Of a stretch of DNA of 64,000 nt, positions 39,901-53,669 are shown one piece after another. Positions within the stretch are counted from its first letter, which is position 1. The number at the start of each line of letters is the position of its first letter. Under the pieces are notes generated by a model. That model was not told the DNA's origin, ran no database searches, and saw only the letters and a program-made list of their open reading frames with translations. The stretch comes from Eledone cirrhosa (lineage: Eukaryota), in the NCBI GenBank assembly GCA_964016885.1, contig OZ024742.1, forward strand, positions 306,652,001 to 306,716,000, given 5' to 3'. A program made the translations under genes and the position numbers.

Positions 39901-40179
39901 GCCTCCCTTTCTTCACATTTTTCATCTTCTCGGACGGCAGTATTACTGTTGCCTCCCTTTCTTCACATTTTTCATCTTCTCGGACTGCAGAATTACTGTT
40001 GCCTCCCTTTCTTCACATTTTTCATCTTCTCGGACGGCAGTATTACTGTTGCCTCCCTTTCTTCACATTTTTCATCTTCTCGGACTGCAGAATTACTGTT
40101 GCCTCCCTTTCTCACATTTTTCATCTTCTCGGACGGCAGTATTACTGTTGCCTCCCTTTCTTCACATTTTTCATCTTCT
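24919..40179. repeat. Satellite array of about 305 units of 49-51 bp; consensus CTTCTCGGACGGCAGTATTACTGTTGCCTCCCTTTCTTCACATTTTTCAT
   Basis: Direct observation; pyrimidine-rich plus strand; kb-scale higher-order duplications. Confidence 0.99.
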
Positions 40180-40257
40180 TGTCTCGAGCCAGTTCGGAGT
40201 TTCCAATTTCAATTTAAGCATTTCTTTTAAATTTTTTTCTCACGATCTCCGAAAACA

Positions 40258-40700
40258 TGTTGTTGTTGGTTTGTTGCTGTTATATTACTTTTCATTGGTT
40301 TTGTTGTTGCTGTTGCTGCTGTTATTTCTATCGTTGTTGTTTATGATGCTCATGTTGTCACTGTTGTTGTTGTTGTTGCTATTGTTGTTGTTGTTGTTGT
40401 TGTTGTTGATGTTGCCATATGTGCTGTTATCGTCCTTGGTGTTAATTATATTTTTTTTTTGCCTGTGGTTTTTATTTAATGGGAGTAGTGGTGGTGGCAG
40501 CATCTTGTTCTTGATGTGTGCATTTCATACTGTAGTTTTTATGAAGAGATATTGTTGCTGTGTGTTTTTATTGTTGTTGAGGTTGTTGGCGGTGTCGGTG
40601 GCGGTATCGGCAGCGGCGGTGGCGGCGGTCGTGGTGGTGGTGGTGGTATTTTCGATAGTGTCGTGGGTGGTGGTGGTGGTGGTGGTGGTGGTGAGGGTCG
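40258..40700. repeat. Low-complexity (GTT)n/(GGT)n tract
   Basis: Direct observation. Confidence 0.85.
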
Positions 40701-41022
40701 GTGGCAGCCTGGTTGGTTATTTCTGTAGTGATGATGGGGACAATTATGGTGTCGGGAGTGGCATTGTTATTATTACTCTTTGGACATTTTCTGAAATCGT
40801 GAGACATGGTTTGCCCGTACAAAATGAATTATGGCGACCTATTTACAGATTATAACAAACATTGTAACGAAGAACATTATGCAAACAAGTGAAAATCAAC
40901 AAAACTTACGGAGCACAAGCATGAGTAACTACTTGAAAAAACTATTGATAATAATTTCCCAAATTTTTTATTTAAATATTTAACAGGCCACAATGATGTG
41001 GCTGTTGATTTCGAATTATTTA

Positions 41023-41236
41023 AGTGGATTGGCAGTATCGGTAGAGGGTTGACGCCATACCTTGCAGCATAGAGTTACAGCCCTTTATGATCTGAGTTCA
41101 AATCCCGCCGAGGTTCACGTTACCTTTCATCCTTACGGGGTCGATAAAATAAAGTACCAGTCACGCACTGGGGTCGATTTAATCGACTTTCCCTCCCTAA
41201 AATTGCTGGCCTTGTGCCTATATAAGAACCCATTAT
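41023..41236 (+). mobile_element. tRNA-derived SINE (older copy also at about 41497-41650)
   Basis: Match to the 2901 family, longer subfamily with CTGGGGTCGATTTAATCGAC. Confidence 0.8.
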
Positions 41237-43943
41237 TTAATGGCGAAGAAAAACACATTTGACATAGTTAGTAAAATATTATGATATTTAAACTAATACC
41301 ATTCTCATTCATCTTTCTAACATTCTTTTCATATACGCTACAAAGGTAAGGTATGATTCTTACTGTATGTTCAGCGCCGTTGTTTATGTTATATTTTACA
41401 TTAATATCTTCCTTATTAGTAGTTTGCTGCATTCATGTTTCTGCTTCAGTATTACAGATATTACATTTAATTTAATATTTGTGTTTTACAGAATATTGGA
41501 TTGGCAAGATTCGTAGAACGTCAAATAAATACCATTGCGGTATTTATTCTGAGTTCAAATCCCACAGAATTCAAGTTTGCCTTTCATCATTCCAGGGTCG
41601 ATAAAATAATGTACCAAAGTTTGCTGGCGTTGCCCCTAAATTAGATATCAATGTTTAACTTTGGTATTGATTTGTTTTTCTATTTTGGAGTCCACAACTG
41701 GGTTTTCGCCATTTGTTAGTCACATTCCATGTCAAATCTTCTATTGATTCTTTCATGTCAAATCTTCAAGTTGCTTTTTCATGTCAAATCTTGATTCTTT
41801 CATCACAAAGCATGCGAGTATTCATGTATTCCATGATACTGACGATTAACACTAATGGATGGATTTCATCTCTATTTGTTTTTTGTTTTTGTTTCTTCAA
41901 TGGATATTATTTTTTTTTATACTGTTAATGTTATCTTCTTGAGCGAAGATTTGTCTTTATAATGGAAGCCTTCCGAAACCAGTGGAGATAAAGTGCTTCT
42001 TCTTCTCTTTCTCTTTCAATTTATTCTTCCTCAATAATGTTGAGACTGTGTGCTCAGATATGTATTCCGGAGAGTCCTATCAGACGCAATGGGCTCCCAG
42101 TTAATCAAATGTATCCTCAAGCGACCCAACAAAGACTCAGGGATATTATCCCACCTTCTTGCTCGTGGTCTATCTTTGGGTACCTACCGGTTGACTTAAA
42201 ATCTGGTCAACGCTTCTTTCCTGAGACATTCCCACCACATGTTCAATGTGCCGAGGATGCATGAATAAGAAAAGAATAGATAGATCATAGTTGTGCATCT
42301 TAATGCACTAAATAAATAGTCATGGCCAATATCTAAGGCTTAATTTCTTTCAATTTTACGTTTTGATTGCTAAGGTTTATATTTGATTTATTGTCTTTGG
42401 TGTATATTCTATCTCTGTTCCACATCAGCTCATTATTTTCAGACAGACATATCAGAGGATACCCTTCACCCTCACTTTCCCTATATAACAATAATTTACG
42501 TCTCTCAAAAAAAAAAAGTCTATCAAATCGCTATTCATCATTTAAAGGTGTTTCTCTTTCTTCTGCTTAAAACTAATATGTGTAGCTCTGTGTGTGAGTG
42601 TAGAGCTGCATGTGTTAAAAGCGTATGTACGATGAGTGACTAGTCACACACAGCCCAGATATTTAGTCCTTCGTATGTTTTCTAGTATTTGCTGCCACGC
42701 TGCATACCTCTTTCTTGCCACACATATCGTACATCGCACGAAATACTTGAATATTTGACCTTCAATTAAGAATAGAGAATTGTTGAATAGTAACGAAACG
42801 ATAAACATAAAATTTATATACAGACTTCACAAGAGAACGTAGTTGTAGACTAAGTAATAGTGTTACATACACGCAGTTACATCGACAATATATATGTACA
42901 CAATTACGTAATTATAGATATGAATATCGACATCATAATAGTAACGTTGAAAATGCAAAACGATTAAATTTATGTATTTATGTGTTTGATTTTATGATGA
43001 TAGTCAATTCTCCCACTCATGCTAAAATGTATGTTAAAAAGTTTCATGTTACAAATGAATTCTAGAATTATAGATGTGCATAATTTAATTGAGACACAGG
43101 AATATAAATTCGACGCATTTTTTACGCATTCTAAGTATTCATATCAAACATATTACTGATTTTTGTTTTATGGTCAATGTTTCATTTTTCTTTTTCATAT
43201 AATCAGCTTCGTCTTCTCTAAGGTAAATGAATAAATCTTCATATGTTCACATTTGCATTTCATTAGTTTCTTTACTATTCTACAAATATATATTTCTAAT
43301 TGATTTACTTTTGACAGAGTAAAATAAATTAAAGCCTTCTCATAATTAGACTTGATGCTCTAGATTGTTTTTTTCTTTTATCGATTGTTATATGACATTA
43401 CTAGACATTGTCCCCTATCAACTCACATGAGGAATGTAGGTGCGCAATGTATAAACTTAGAAGAAGATTATAATTCTAGAAGCATATAATTCTAGATATC
43501 AAGACAGTCGAAAATTTGCTTATCTAGTGATAGGAAAAGAAAAGATGAAGTGTTATAATTAATTTGAGGAAGTATACATATCTGAGCCTTGTTGCAAGTT
43601 ACTTGGTGGTTGGTTGTGCTTGGTTCACCATGCCAATTTGTTTTGTTACAGGTGTCGCAGAGTGATATTAACAACGTGTTAATATTTATTAGGATAATAT
43701 AGACTGTGGTAATTTTACATCACATATCTCAGAGCTGTAGATTGTCCTTCTTCTCTTAGAGGTTACTAGTTTCTACATTGTTCGCATTACATTCAGTTGA
43801 ATATAGCAACTCGCTATATAATCATAACACCGGAGGTGTTAAAAATCTTGATCCTTATCATCAACGATAAATGATTTGTAAGAGATAGCTATGGTCAACC
43901 GTAATGGCATCCTACGTGACATATATTTTGGCATTAGACAAAG

Positions 43944-44055
<112 letters not shown>

Positions 44056-44059
44056 TATA

Positions 44060-44096
<37 letters not shown>

Positions 44097-44104
44097 CTAT
44101 ATAT

Positions 44105-44535
44105 GTCAGGTCGCTCTTAAGTGCTACTTGTAACATGTAACCCAGTACAACCTGTCTCAAGGTCGGGTCGTTGGCAACTAAACTGGCAACACCATCAAGC
44201 TAGCTTGGTGAGGAGGGTGATATTGGGACACTCTGCGGGGTGAAATGCAAGACCCGGCAAAGGGCGGAGGAACTCAGCAGAGTCAACGGCCATCCAGATA
44301 GTAGGGTTTTTTTGTTTGTTTGCTTTGTTTTTTTGTTTTTTGTTGTTTTTTTCACCTGGGAGTGAAAGGCCCCCAGTTGTTGTTAAAACACCTTTCTAGG
44401 AAAGGGAAACTCTGAAAAAAGCCTGCGACTTCAGAAGCATCCGATGATGTTGTTTAGTTCTCCTTTTCGGGTAGTGTTTTCGATGCTCAGAGAGTGGGAT
44501 TGGTCGATTTTAAGGCCTTTCCCCACTTAACAAAC
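44105..44535 (+). mobile_element. Interspersed repeat resembling an RTE-type LINE 5'UTR derivative
   Basis: Homologous to 47385-47982 (minus) and 49038-49126; the RTE assignment rests on remembered motifs such as GGAAAGGGAAACTCTG. Confidence 0.5.
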
Positions 44536-44657
44536 CTTCAAAGCACAGGCATGCCTTGTTCAGGATATGTTACAGGTTCGTGTGGGTGGCGGTAGCGTAA
44601 AAGTGCACCAAACTCTATAATCTGACAAGCGATTGCAATACTCTTAGTAGAGATGCA

Positions 44658-44700
<43 letters not shown>

Positions 44701-47384
44701 TGTGTGTGGGTACATACATCCACTAATAGGTGACTAGGTGACTATGTATCGTAGTTACACCACGAAACTTCCATTGAAACAAAGGCATAATGATTCAGCT
44801 GTTGCTATTGTGTGAGATATATACCTCTGCGTGGGCGGACATAAACAAACAAAATATCAAGATACGTTAATTATTCAGTACTTTCTTCCTTTTATATGTT
44901 CATTGTTGAATACCTTGGTTCTTTGTAACAGAGGCGTGTCCATCGCTTTTGTTCCCCAGTTACATATTTCGCCTCCGATGTTAATATTAATTACAAAAAT
45001 GGTAGAATTTGATTAAAATGGGAAGCCAAAATCTGAACAGAATATCTTCAACGGTGTACACAATTGAAAGGGATTAAAATAATGAATATCTTTCTTATAA
45101 TTCTGAATTTACGCTCTAACCTTAAGATAGTGTGCAGTTATATGAATCACGATCTTCCTATGTACTCATATTTGTACGTAAAAGGCTTCATTGCATCACA
45201 AACCAATTACTTTTCAATATCATTCACTTTATTAGATTCGATTTATTCTCACATAGTGCAGTATTCCAGTCATTTTCAATGGTTGAATGTCAAATTTAAT
45301 ATATCTCTGATTAATTCAATTCGATATGGTTTAAATATTTTCTTCCATTTTGGTACACTACTATTCCCCAAACTGATGTTATTTCTACAGTGTACCGCAT
45401 ATGTCTAGTAGATAATTGAAACACTCACTGCGGACCGCTTTAGTTTAATATTCCATTATTTCCCTGATGTAGGTGTTGTTGCAGCTTTCGATAGTATTCT
45501 ATACATATTACTAGTTTAAATGACTGATTACAAAAATATTTTACTAGTTCTGAAAATCAACTGCTGAAATGTAAAAGGGATGGCGGTGTGAAAAGACCAT
45601 GTCATATTTAACAAATGCATCGCGAATATTCACATATTAACGAACAGAAGGATACAAAGATCGAATGAAAATTACGTGTCATATGTATGAAGAAGGATAA
45701 GAAATGTAATACCCAATGCAGCATGAACTATGCACGTTAAAGAATCGGGTCTATATCATGTTATTAAAAAGAAATTCTATATTTTTTGTCTGTTCTGCTT
45801 TAGTATGGAAACTGTAAGTCGGTATACACTCTTTGTATCTTAGTCTTTAGCGTTTGATTGAAACCGAAGGAGCCTCAGAGAATTTGTGAAAAACAAATAC
45901 ATCCGTATTTACATTATCTTTTTAGGATTAGATTAAGTGCTTAGAGGCAGTCAAATAGTTTTTAAAGATGCGTTTGTTAAAACTATTCTTACTTTTTATT
46001 TATTTGGCTCACGATTGATTTTGATCCTGTTATTGTTGTAGATAATGTTTTTCACATGTTGATACTTCCTGCGTCTTTATAAATGCACCGTGTATTGTGT
46101 TTTATATAAATATTTAAATTCTTTCGTTATTTCCGTTGTTTGTTTGTTTGTTTTCTTTTTGCATATTTGTTTATTTTGAATCTTCAAAGCAATGAGTGTT
46201 GTAGTCATCGTATCTTCTCAATCAAACAATGACAAACTTGATTCCACCAAGAGCACTATGAAGATTTCTATAGAGAACAACCAACAAATCCAAAAATATC
46301 GATGTCAAAACAACTATCATCACACTGATTCTCACTCTTTTATCTTCCATTTATATTCTAGCATATTTATTGTTATTTTTGATAATATTAGTATAGCCGA
46401 GTGGATCATTCTGAGGAAATCAGTTATCTCGACTCATGCGTTTAGAGTTTGTATCATGTTACATTTGCAGTGCTGTCTCTATGACTAAAACAATTATCTC
46501 TGCCTCAGTCCAACAAACACCATTTTAGATATCGACAGGGGTTTTGGTAGTGTTTGAATGATCTCTGCACGGTATGACATAATAAATTCACTAACAGCAT
46601 ATGAATATTTCAAAGGGAACATTTTCAATGTGTGGATGTTTATGGAATATGATTATAGGTGTGGATGTTTTTTTTTTACTAATGCTGATTTGAATGCATG
46701 ATAGAGTTTTCAATCATATCATATAATAAACTGCGTATAATTTTCTGCACTTGGAGTGCGTTACTATTACATTAAGGTTTAGAGGAAGCTACAAATGACA
46801 GGCGTAGTGTAAGTACAATAGAATACTTACAATCAGGAATCCACATTTTTTTCCTCTGTCTAGAAATATCAATGGTCGTTCTTTGTCTTCTCTCGTCAAT
46901 ATAAACAGTCGAAAGAAAAATATAGGATTAACGTCATCAGATCTCATAGTATTTGCTTTGAGCATATTTAAACGAATTATAATACCTGATCGCAATTGAC
47001 AAGACTTGATACATGCAAAGATTATTAAAACCAATGTGTTAACACATTCAAATGACATAGACAGACATAGAAAAAATGTGGAGTAATGGTAGAGTAAAAG
47101 GTAGATTAAGGTGGGGTTAGTTCACGTAAGGGACACATAAGGATGCATAGAAGAAGGGTTTTAAAAATTTAATTTAGTTAATTAATGGACTAATTACCTG
47201 AATAATAATAAAACTAATGAAATCCCACCCTCCCAAAATACAACACAAATAAACATACAGAGGGATACATACATATACATGAAATCTGCCCACTCGTTAT
47301 CGAGTATGGCCATTGCACGATATAACATTATTAATAATTATCAATTAATACTATTATCGTGCAATGTCTGTGCGTGAAATTTTT

Positions 47385-47634
47385 TTTTAAGTAAGGAAAG
47401 ACTGTGCACTGAGCCAATCCCACTCTCTGAGCGACAGTAGCTATAACCCCAAAAGAAGAAAAGATCTACATCATCGGTAACTACTGAGCCGCACGTTTTA
47501 TGTCGGAGTTATATGTCGGAGTTATCCCTGACAAAGGCTAGAGGTGCTTCACTCCCAGTGGTTTAAGCACGCGACCGGGTATCCAGCCCGATTATTTCTA
47601 TGTCCCCGCGCATATACATACATATGCATACATG

Positions 47635-47696
<62 letters not shown>

Positions 47697-47982
47697 ATAC
47701 ATTAACAGAGAAAGCTGTAAGCAATACTCCGACCGGCTATATATATACACACACACAAACCGATACAGTATATACAAATTTAGACAATTTTGGATGGCCG
47801 TTGACTCTTATGAGTTCTTACACTCTTTGTCAGGTTTTGTTTTTTGCCCTGCAGGGTGTGCAAAATCACCCTCCTCACCAAATAAACTTGGTGAGGTTAA
47901 CGATTTAGTCGCCGACGTCCCGACCATGCGACAGGTTTTACTGTGTTGCATGTTATCAGTTGCACTCAAGAGTGACCCGACA
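47385..47982 (-). mobile_element. Same repeat family as 44105, interrupted by (TA)n
   Basis: Shared blocks GCTCAGAGAGTGGGATTGG, GAGTCAACGGCCATCC, TTGGTGAGGAGGGTGAT. Confidence 0.6.
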
Positions 47983-48116
47983 TATACATACACGCACACA
48001 TACATACATGCATACATACATACCCACATACATACACGAGCATGCGCCCACACACACATACACGCACACACACATATATATATATATATATAATTACCCG
48101 TGAGCTTGTAAGCTTA

Positions 48117-48520
48117 ATAATTGTCTCTATTTTTAACACAAGAGCAGTAAAAACCCAGTGTATTACTGGTACTTATTTTATCGACCCCGTAAGTTAACCT
48201 CGGCGGGATTTAAACTCATTTAATAATTGTTTCCACTTTTGGCACAAGGCCAGTGCATTACTGGTACTTTATTTTATCGACCCCGTAAGGATGAAAGGCA
48301 AATTTAACCTCGGCGGGATTTGAACTCAGATCATAAAGGGACGTAACTCTATGATTCAAAGCATGGTGTCAGATACCGCCAAGCCACCGCCCTCGCTAAA
48401 CTCATTAAACTCACTTAATAAATGTTTCTACTTTAGGCACAAGGCAAGCAATTAGCCAGTGCATTACTGGTACTTTATTTTATCGACCCCGTAAGGATGA
48501 AAGGCAAAGTCAACCTTGAC
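48117..48520 (-). mobile_element. Cluster of three partial SINE copies
   Basis: Repeated TTACTGGTACTT(T)ATTTTATCGACCCCGTAAG blocks. Confidence 0.8.
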
Positions 48521-48617
48521 TGTATTTAATACGACTGTGTCGCATTTAAGCATGTGATTTCCACTATTATATATTATATACTGAATCTATATATGTGTGT
48601 ATATACATATAGGTGTG

Positions 48618-48731
<114 letters not shown>

Positions 48732-48748
48732 CACGTGTTTATATATAT

Positions 48749-48827
<79 letters not shown>

Positions 48828-48968
48828 ACGTGTATATACACACACACAGGTTAACTTACGAGGTTAGCTTACGGGGTCGATAAAATAAGTACCAGTAATG
48901 CACTGGGTAATTGCTGGCCTTGTGTCAAAAATAGAAACAATTATTAAGTTTACAAGCTCACGGGCAAT

Positions 48969-49006
<38 letters not shown>

Positions 49007-49129
49007 CGCGTGTATGTGTGTGTGCGTGTATATATATGTCGGGTCACTCTTGAGTGCTACTGATAACATGCAACACAGTACAACCTGTCGCATGGTCGGG
49101 TCGTCGGCGACTAAATCGGCAACCCCACC

Positions 49130-49248
<119 letters not shown>

Positions 49249-50054
49249 CATATATATATATACGAAATTACTAATCTCGGAAATACATACTTAAGTTGCA
49301 AGCTCAGACGCAGAAAATAACTGCAATTACACTCAGTTTCTATAAAATAGCTTTAACAATATCGGGTAAAGAATCCTTATATATATATGCATACAGTATA
49401 ATACGCAAAGATACATATATATATACTTTGATGCATACAGACACACAGACACACATATATATGTGTAAGTGAGAGTGTATCCGCGTGAGCATGTGTGCGT
49501 GTTTTTGTGTGCGCTAGCGTGCGTGGGATGAGTTACCTGTTTGTTTATGTCCCGCTGCTGATAAGCCCCATTTACTTATTATCCAAGTCCTTAAACAATA
49601 TAACTGCACATAGAAAGATCTATCAGTTGGTGGAATTCTCTTTAAAATCAATTAAGTATTATTTATTAAGTATCTTTATATGAATGTAAAGAGTGTGTGC
49701 ACTGAGCAGTACCTATAGGATATGATTGATTATTAATTTCTCTGATATAAAAGGGGAGCGAAATGAAAGTGGTTATATCTCAATATATAACATAATATAC
49801 ATTGTCGTTCCCATTCATATAATCTACGGTGACATCAGCAAGTTGTCATGAAAATATTTATTATACTTTTTATCGCATAAATATCGAATAAATATTCCCA
49901 ACGAGCCAGACCTGCATTTTCTTCAAGGCAAGTGCAATAAACGAAAAAAGATATACATAGTTCGTGATGTATATATTAATAACCAAAAAACCTGGGTGTG
50001 CCTCTTCAGATCAATAAGAACCCCCCCCCCCCCACACACACACACACACACCAG

Positions 50055-52370
50055 CCTATTGGAAGAGTTCGAGAAAGAAATGATTGGCATCATTTCCAAC
50101 ATCAAATTTTCCGACCAACCATACCGGGGTCGAGAGTACCTTAGACGACTGGAAAATGAAATTACCGAGCTTAAGGAATATACAGGAATACTCGTCCATG
50201 CCGACAAAACCAACAACCTTTACAGCATGGACGTTCAACTTTACCATGAGCTAATCCTCAGGGAATTGAGAATAAGATACAAAAAAACGCCCGAGGCTAC
50301 CCTGGAGGATATCAACATCAAGGCTTATGAGATCGTATCTGGTCTTGGTATAGATGATAGGACGGCCCCATACCAACCAAGGGAGCCGAATATTACCATT
50401 AAGGACGACAAACCAAACTTCGAGTCTAACCTGCCGGTCAGACTGATAGCCCCCTCCCGGTCAGACATGGGGGTTATTAGCAAAAGCATTTTAGATAGGA
50501 TCCTGCCCACACTTAAGAGTAAAATAAGGTTACAACTCTGGTCCTGCACCAGCCAGGTGCTGGACTGGTTTACGTTTTTACCTGACAAACATAGGACTAG
50601 CTTCATACAACTAGACATCAACAATTACTATTCCTCTATCTCGCCCATAGTCCTGAACAAGGCACTCATATTCGCGATGAATAGGACAGACCTAACACGC
50701 GACGAGGTCCGAATCATACACGCCACCAGAAAGATCCTGATCCGATTCGGTGGGGACATATGGACCCGGAGCGACTGGCCAAATAATTTTGACATTACAA
50801 TGAGCTCCAGTGACTCCGCGCAGCTAACGGACTTGGTTGGGATATACATACTCTACGAGATCAGGAGAGAAATACCCAACGACAATGGTCGAAAATATGA
50901 AGCGGAGAATTAGGCACTTCTTTAGCAAGGTAGGACTTAAAGTAGATATGGAAGCCAATAGAAAAGTAGTGAATTTACTGGACACCACCCTCAACCTCAA
51001 CACCAAGCTACACCACCCACATCATAAACCCAATGAGAAGCTGGTGTATATCAACGCTGGGTCCAATCACCCTAGATCTATAGTTAAGATCGTAGTTAAG
51101 AGATCTTCAATAGTAACGCTGATTACTATAACTCAGCGCTAGCCAAGGCGTCCCACGGCCATAGGATCAGCTACAACCCTAAGGGAATGATCGAGATGAC
51201 CCAGGGGTACCCCGGACCAATACCCTCAGGGGCATGAGTCGCCCACCTAATACCTCGGTGACCAGTAGTAACACTCCCAGACACCTATCCATCACCACCC
51301 CCGGTAGAAGGTCCCGCATACCCCACCGGTCTAATACCTACAACGCTGAAGACCACTGTGCAGCGGAGCATAGGCACCCCTGCACCGGCCCCACCACCCG
51401 CCGAATCCTAATTGAGCAGAGAAGCCGCACCTCACAGGTGTATAGCCCCACGGTGGTCCCATATAACCCTCGTGATAGTGACCGCTCCACACACCTGAGT
51501 AACACCAACCGAGCTCGACCTGAGCTGTGCACAACCACGCGCTGGACCACGGCGGACACCCAACAACCCCGCAAGAATAGGACCAGGAAGGTCACATGGT
51601 ATAACCGTCCGTACTCGGTGGGTCTACGTACCAGCCTGGCTAGAACATTCTTTAGAGTACTGGATAAATGTTTCCCTAGGGCCCACAAGTACCATAAAAT
51701 ATTCAACAGGCACACGGTGAAGCTTTCCTACTCAACCACACGCTCCGTAGCCCAGCACATAGCTGGCATAAATAGGAATAGGCTCACTGCCTCTAATACC
51801 ACCGTAAACCCCGGAGCCACCCAACAGAACCAGCTCGCGGGACGCACCGGAACCCGGACGGGCCCAACTAGCACACCGGAACCCAACGACCCTGTGCTGA
51901 TTGCGGAGGCTACCCAGCCAACCCTGAGTGATGGTAACCACGCGGTACATGTGGTGGGGCTTAAGAAGTCATGTAATTGCAGAGACCCATCAATATGCCC
52001 CCTTAGTAATGAATGCATGACGAAAAACTTAGTCTACAGGTGCAAGGACACAACCCTTAACTCGGAGCACCACTACATAGGATCCACAGCGACGAGCTTC
52101 AAAGATCGGTGGTATAACCATCGCCATGCCTTTAACAGAATAGATAAGAGGAAATGTACGGCCCTTTCTGAATTGATCTGGAAGCTCAAACTTGAAAAGA
52201 CCCCGCACTCTCTGGTCTGGTCCGTGGTTAGAAAGGCTCCCCCAGACAGAGGCGGGTCTGGCATTTGCAACCTCTGTCTTAGTGAGACACTCGAGATACT
52301 TCATGGCGGAACCAAGCTATTAAAAAGAAGGGCCGACTTAATCGGTACCTGTAGACCTGTAGACACGTAA
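50055..52370 (+). pseudogene. Disrupted PLE RT / GIY-YIG ORF
   Basis: LVHADKT, FIQLDINNYYSSI, FDITM..DSAQLTDLVG, LLDTTLNL, SNHP, CNCRDPSICPL, HYIG, CNLC; YRDD motif absent near 50885 with a frameshift. Confidence 0.88.
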
Positions 52371-52686
52371 GGACGGGAACATTCCTCAAACTATATGGAT
52401 AAACCCCGGTTAAGGCCTCCCACAACGCCCCCCCCCCTCCCTGTAGGTCCGTTACACCCCGTACCAATGACCAATGGACAACAACAACCACACATAGTTT
52501 GTGGTCCCTATGGTGGATGGTCCACCGGATCCTCTACTGGTTAGGAGTCATCAAAACCACGTTTAATTGAACCTGTACAATGACTCACGTTCTATGCAAA
52601 TTAGTCTACCCACTACTAATTTTCATAGAAAAAGCATATAACGATATGTGCTTTTACAATTCTCCAGAGAAGCCGGAAGATGGGTA

Positions 52687-52731
52687 AATATTGCTGATGA
52701 GATGTAATAACATCGAAACTAGTCCAATATT
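52687..52731 (+). ncRNA. Minimal type I hammerhead, copy 1
   Basis: AATATTG-CTGATGA-GATG(TAATAA)CATC-GAAA-CTA-GTC-CAATATT; palindromic stem III ACTAGT; predicted cleavage after 52724. Confidence 0.88.
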
Positions 52732-53155
52732 CCTGTCTGGCCCTCTGGAGAATAGAGGAAATGTGTTTCCTTGAAAACTCGTATGACTCTAAAACCCGGT
52801 CCGTCTGTGTGGTTACATACAGACTAGCTGACACTCACTGTAAAGTGTCTAGTGAAAAACTGAGTACATGTACATATGTATACATGTGTGTATTTATATG
52901 CATACTAATACTTCCGTATACATATGTAGATGTACACTTTAACTTAATTGTTTAAGCGTCAGTCATACAAAAGTGAGTTAGAAGCGAAACGAAATTTAAT
53001 TTCGTTTCGTTATTTGTTTTTATCGTTTCCGCTGAACCGGTGCGTACAATGACTCACGTTCTATGCAAATTAGTCTACCCACTACTAATTTTCATAGAAA
53101 AAGCATATAACGATATGTGCTTTTACAATTCTCCAGAGAAGCCGGAAGATGGGTA

Positions 53156-53200
53156 AATATTGCTGATGAGATGTAATAACATCGAAACTAGTCCAATATT
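53156..53200 (+). ncRNA. Minimal type I hammerhead, copy 2
   Basis: Identical to copy 1. Confidence 0.88.
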
Positions 53201-53624
53201 CCTGTCTGGCCCTCTGGAGAATAGAGGAAATGTGTTTCCTTGAAAACTCGTATGACTCTAAAACCCGGTCCGTCTGTGTGGTTACATACAGACTAGCTGA
53301 CACTCACTGTAAAGTGTCTAGTGAAAAACTGAGTACATGTACATATGTATACATGTGTGTATTTATATTCATACTAATACTTCCGTATACATATGTAGAT
53401 GTACACTTTAACTTAATTGTTTAAGCGTCAGTCATACAAAAGTGAGTTAGAAGCGAAACGAAATTTAATTTCGTTTCGTTATTTGTTTTTATCGTTTCCG
53501 CTGAACCGGTGCGTACAATGACTCACGTTCTATGCAAATTAGTCTACCCACTACTAATTTTCATAGAAAAAGCATATAACGATATGTGCTTTTACAATTC
53601 TCCAGAGAAGCCGGAAGATGGGTA

Positions 53625-53669
53625 AATATTGCTGATGAGATGTAATAACATCGAAACTAGTCCAATATT
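53625..53669 (+). ncRNA. Minimal type I hammerhead, copy 3
   Basis: Identical to copy 1. Confidence 0.88.

Noticed and set aside
24919-40179. CRISPR-like array
   Set aside because: No unique spacers, no cas genes, eukaryotic context
24919-40179. Tandem pre-miRNA cluster
   Set aside because: Units are head-to-tail with only one miR-8-like arm; no hairpin of about 60 nt can form
24876-40855. Very long overlapping ORFs (up to 962 aa) in the satellite
   Set aside because: The 50-bp unit lacks plus-strand stops, so all three frames give the same peptide; 49/51-bp units shift frame freely, so there is no coding constraint
40285-40855. His/Asn/Gly-rich ORFs
   Set aside because: Translations of (GTT)n/(GGT)n low-complexity DNA; no domain or splice support
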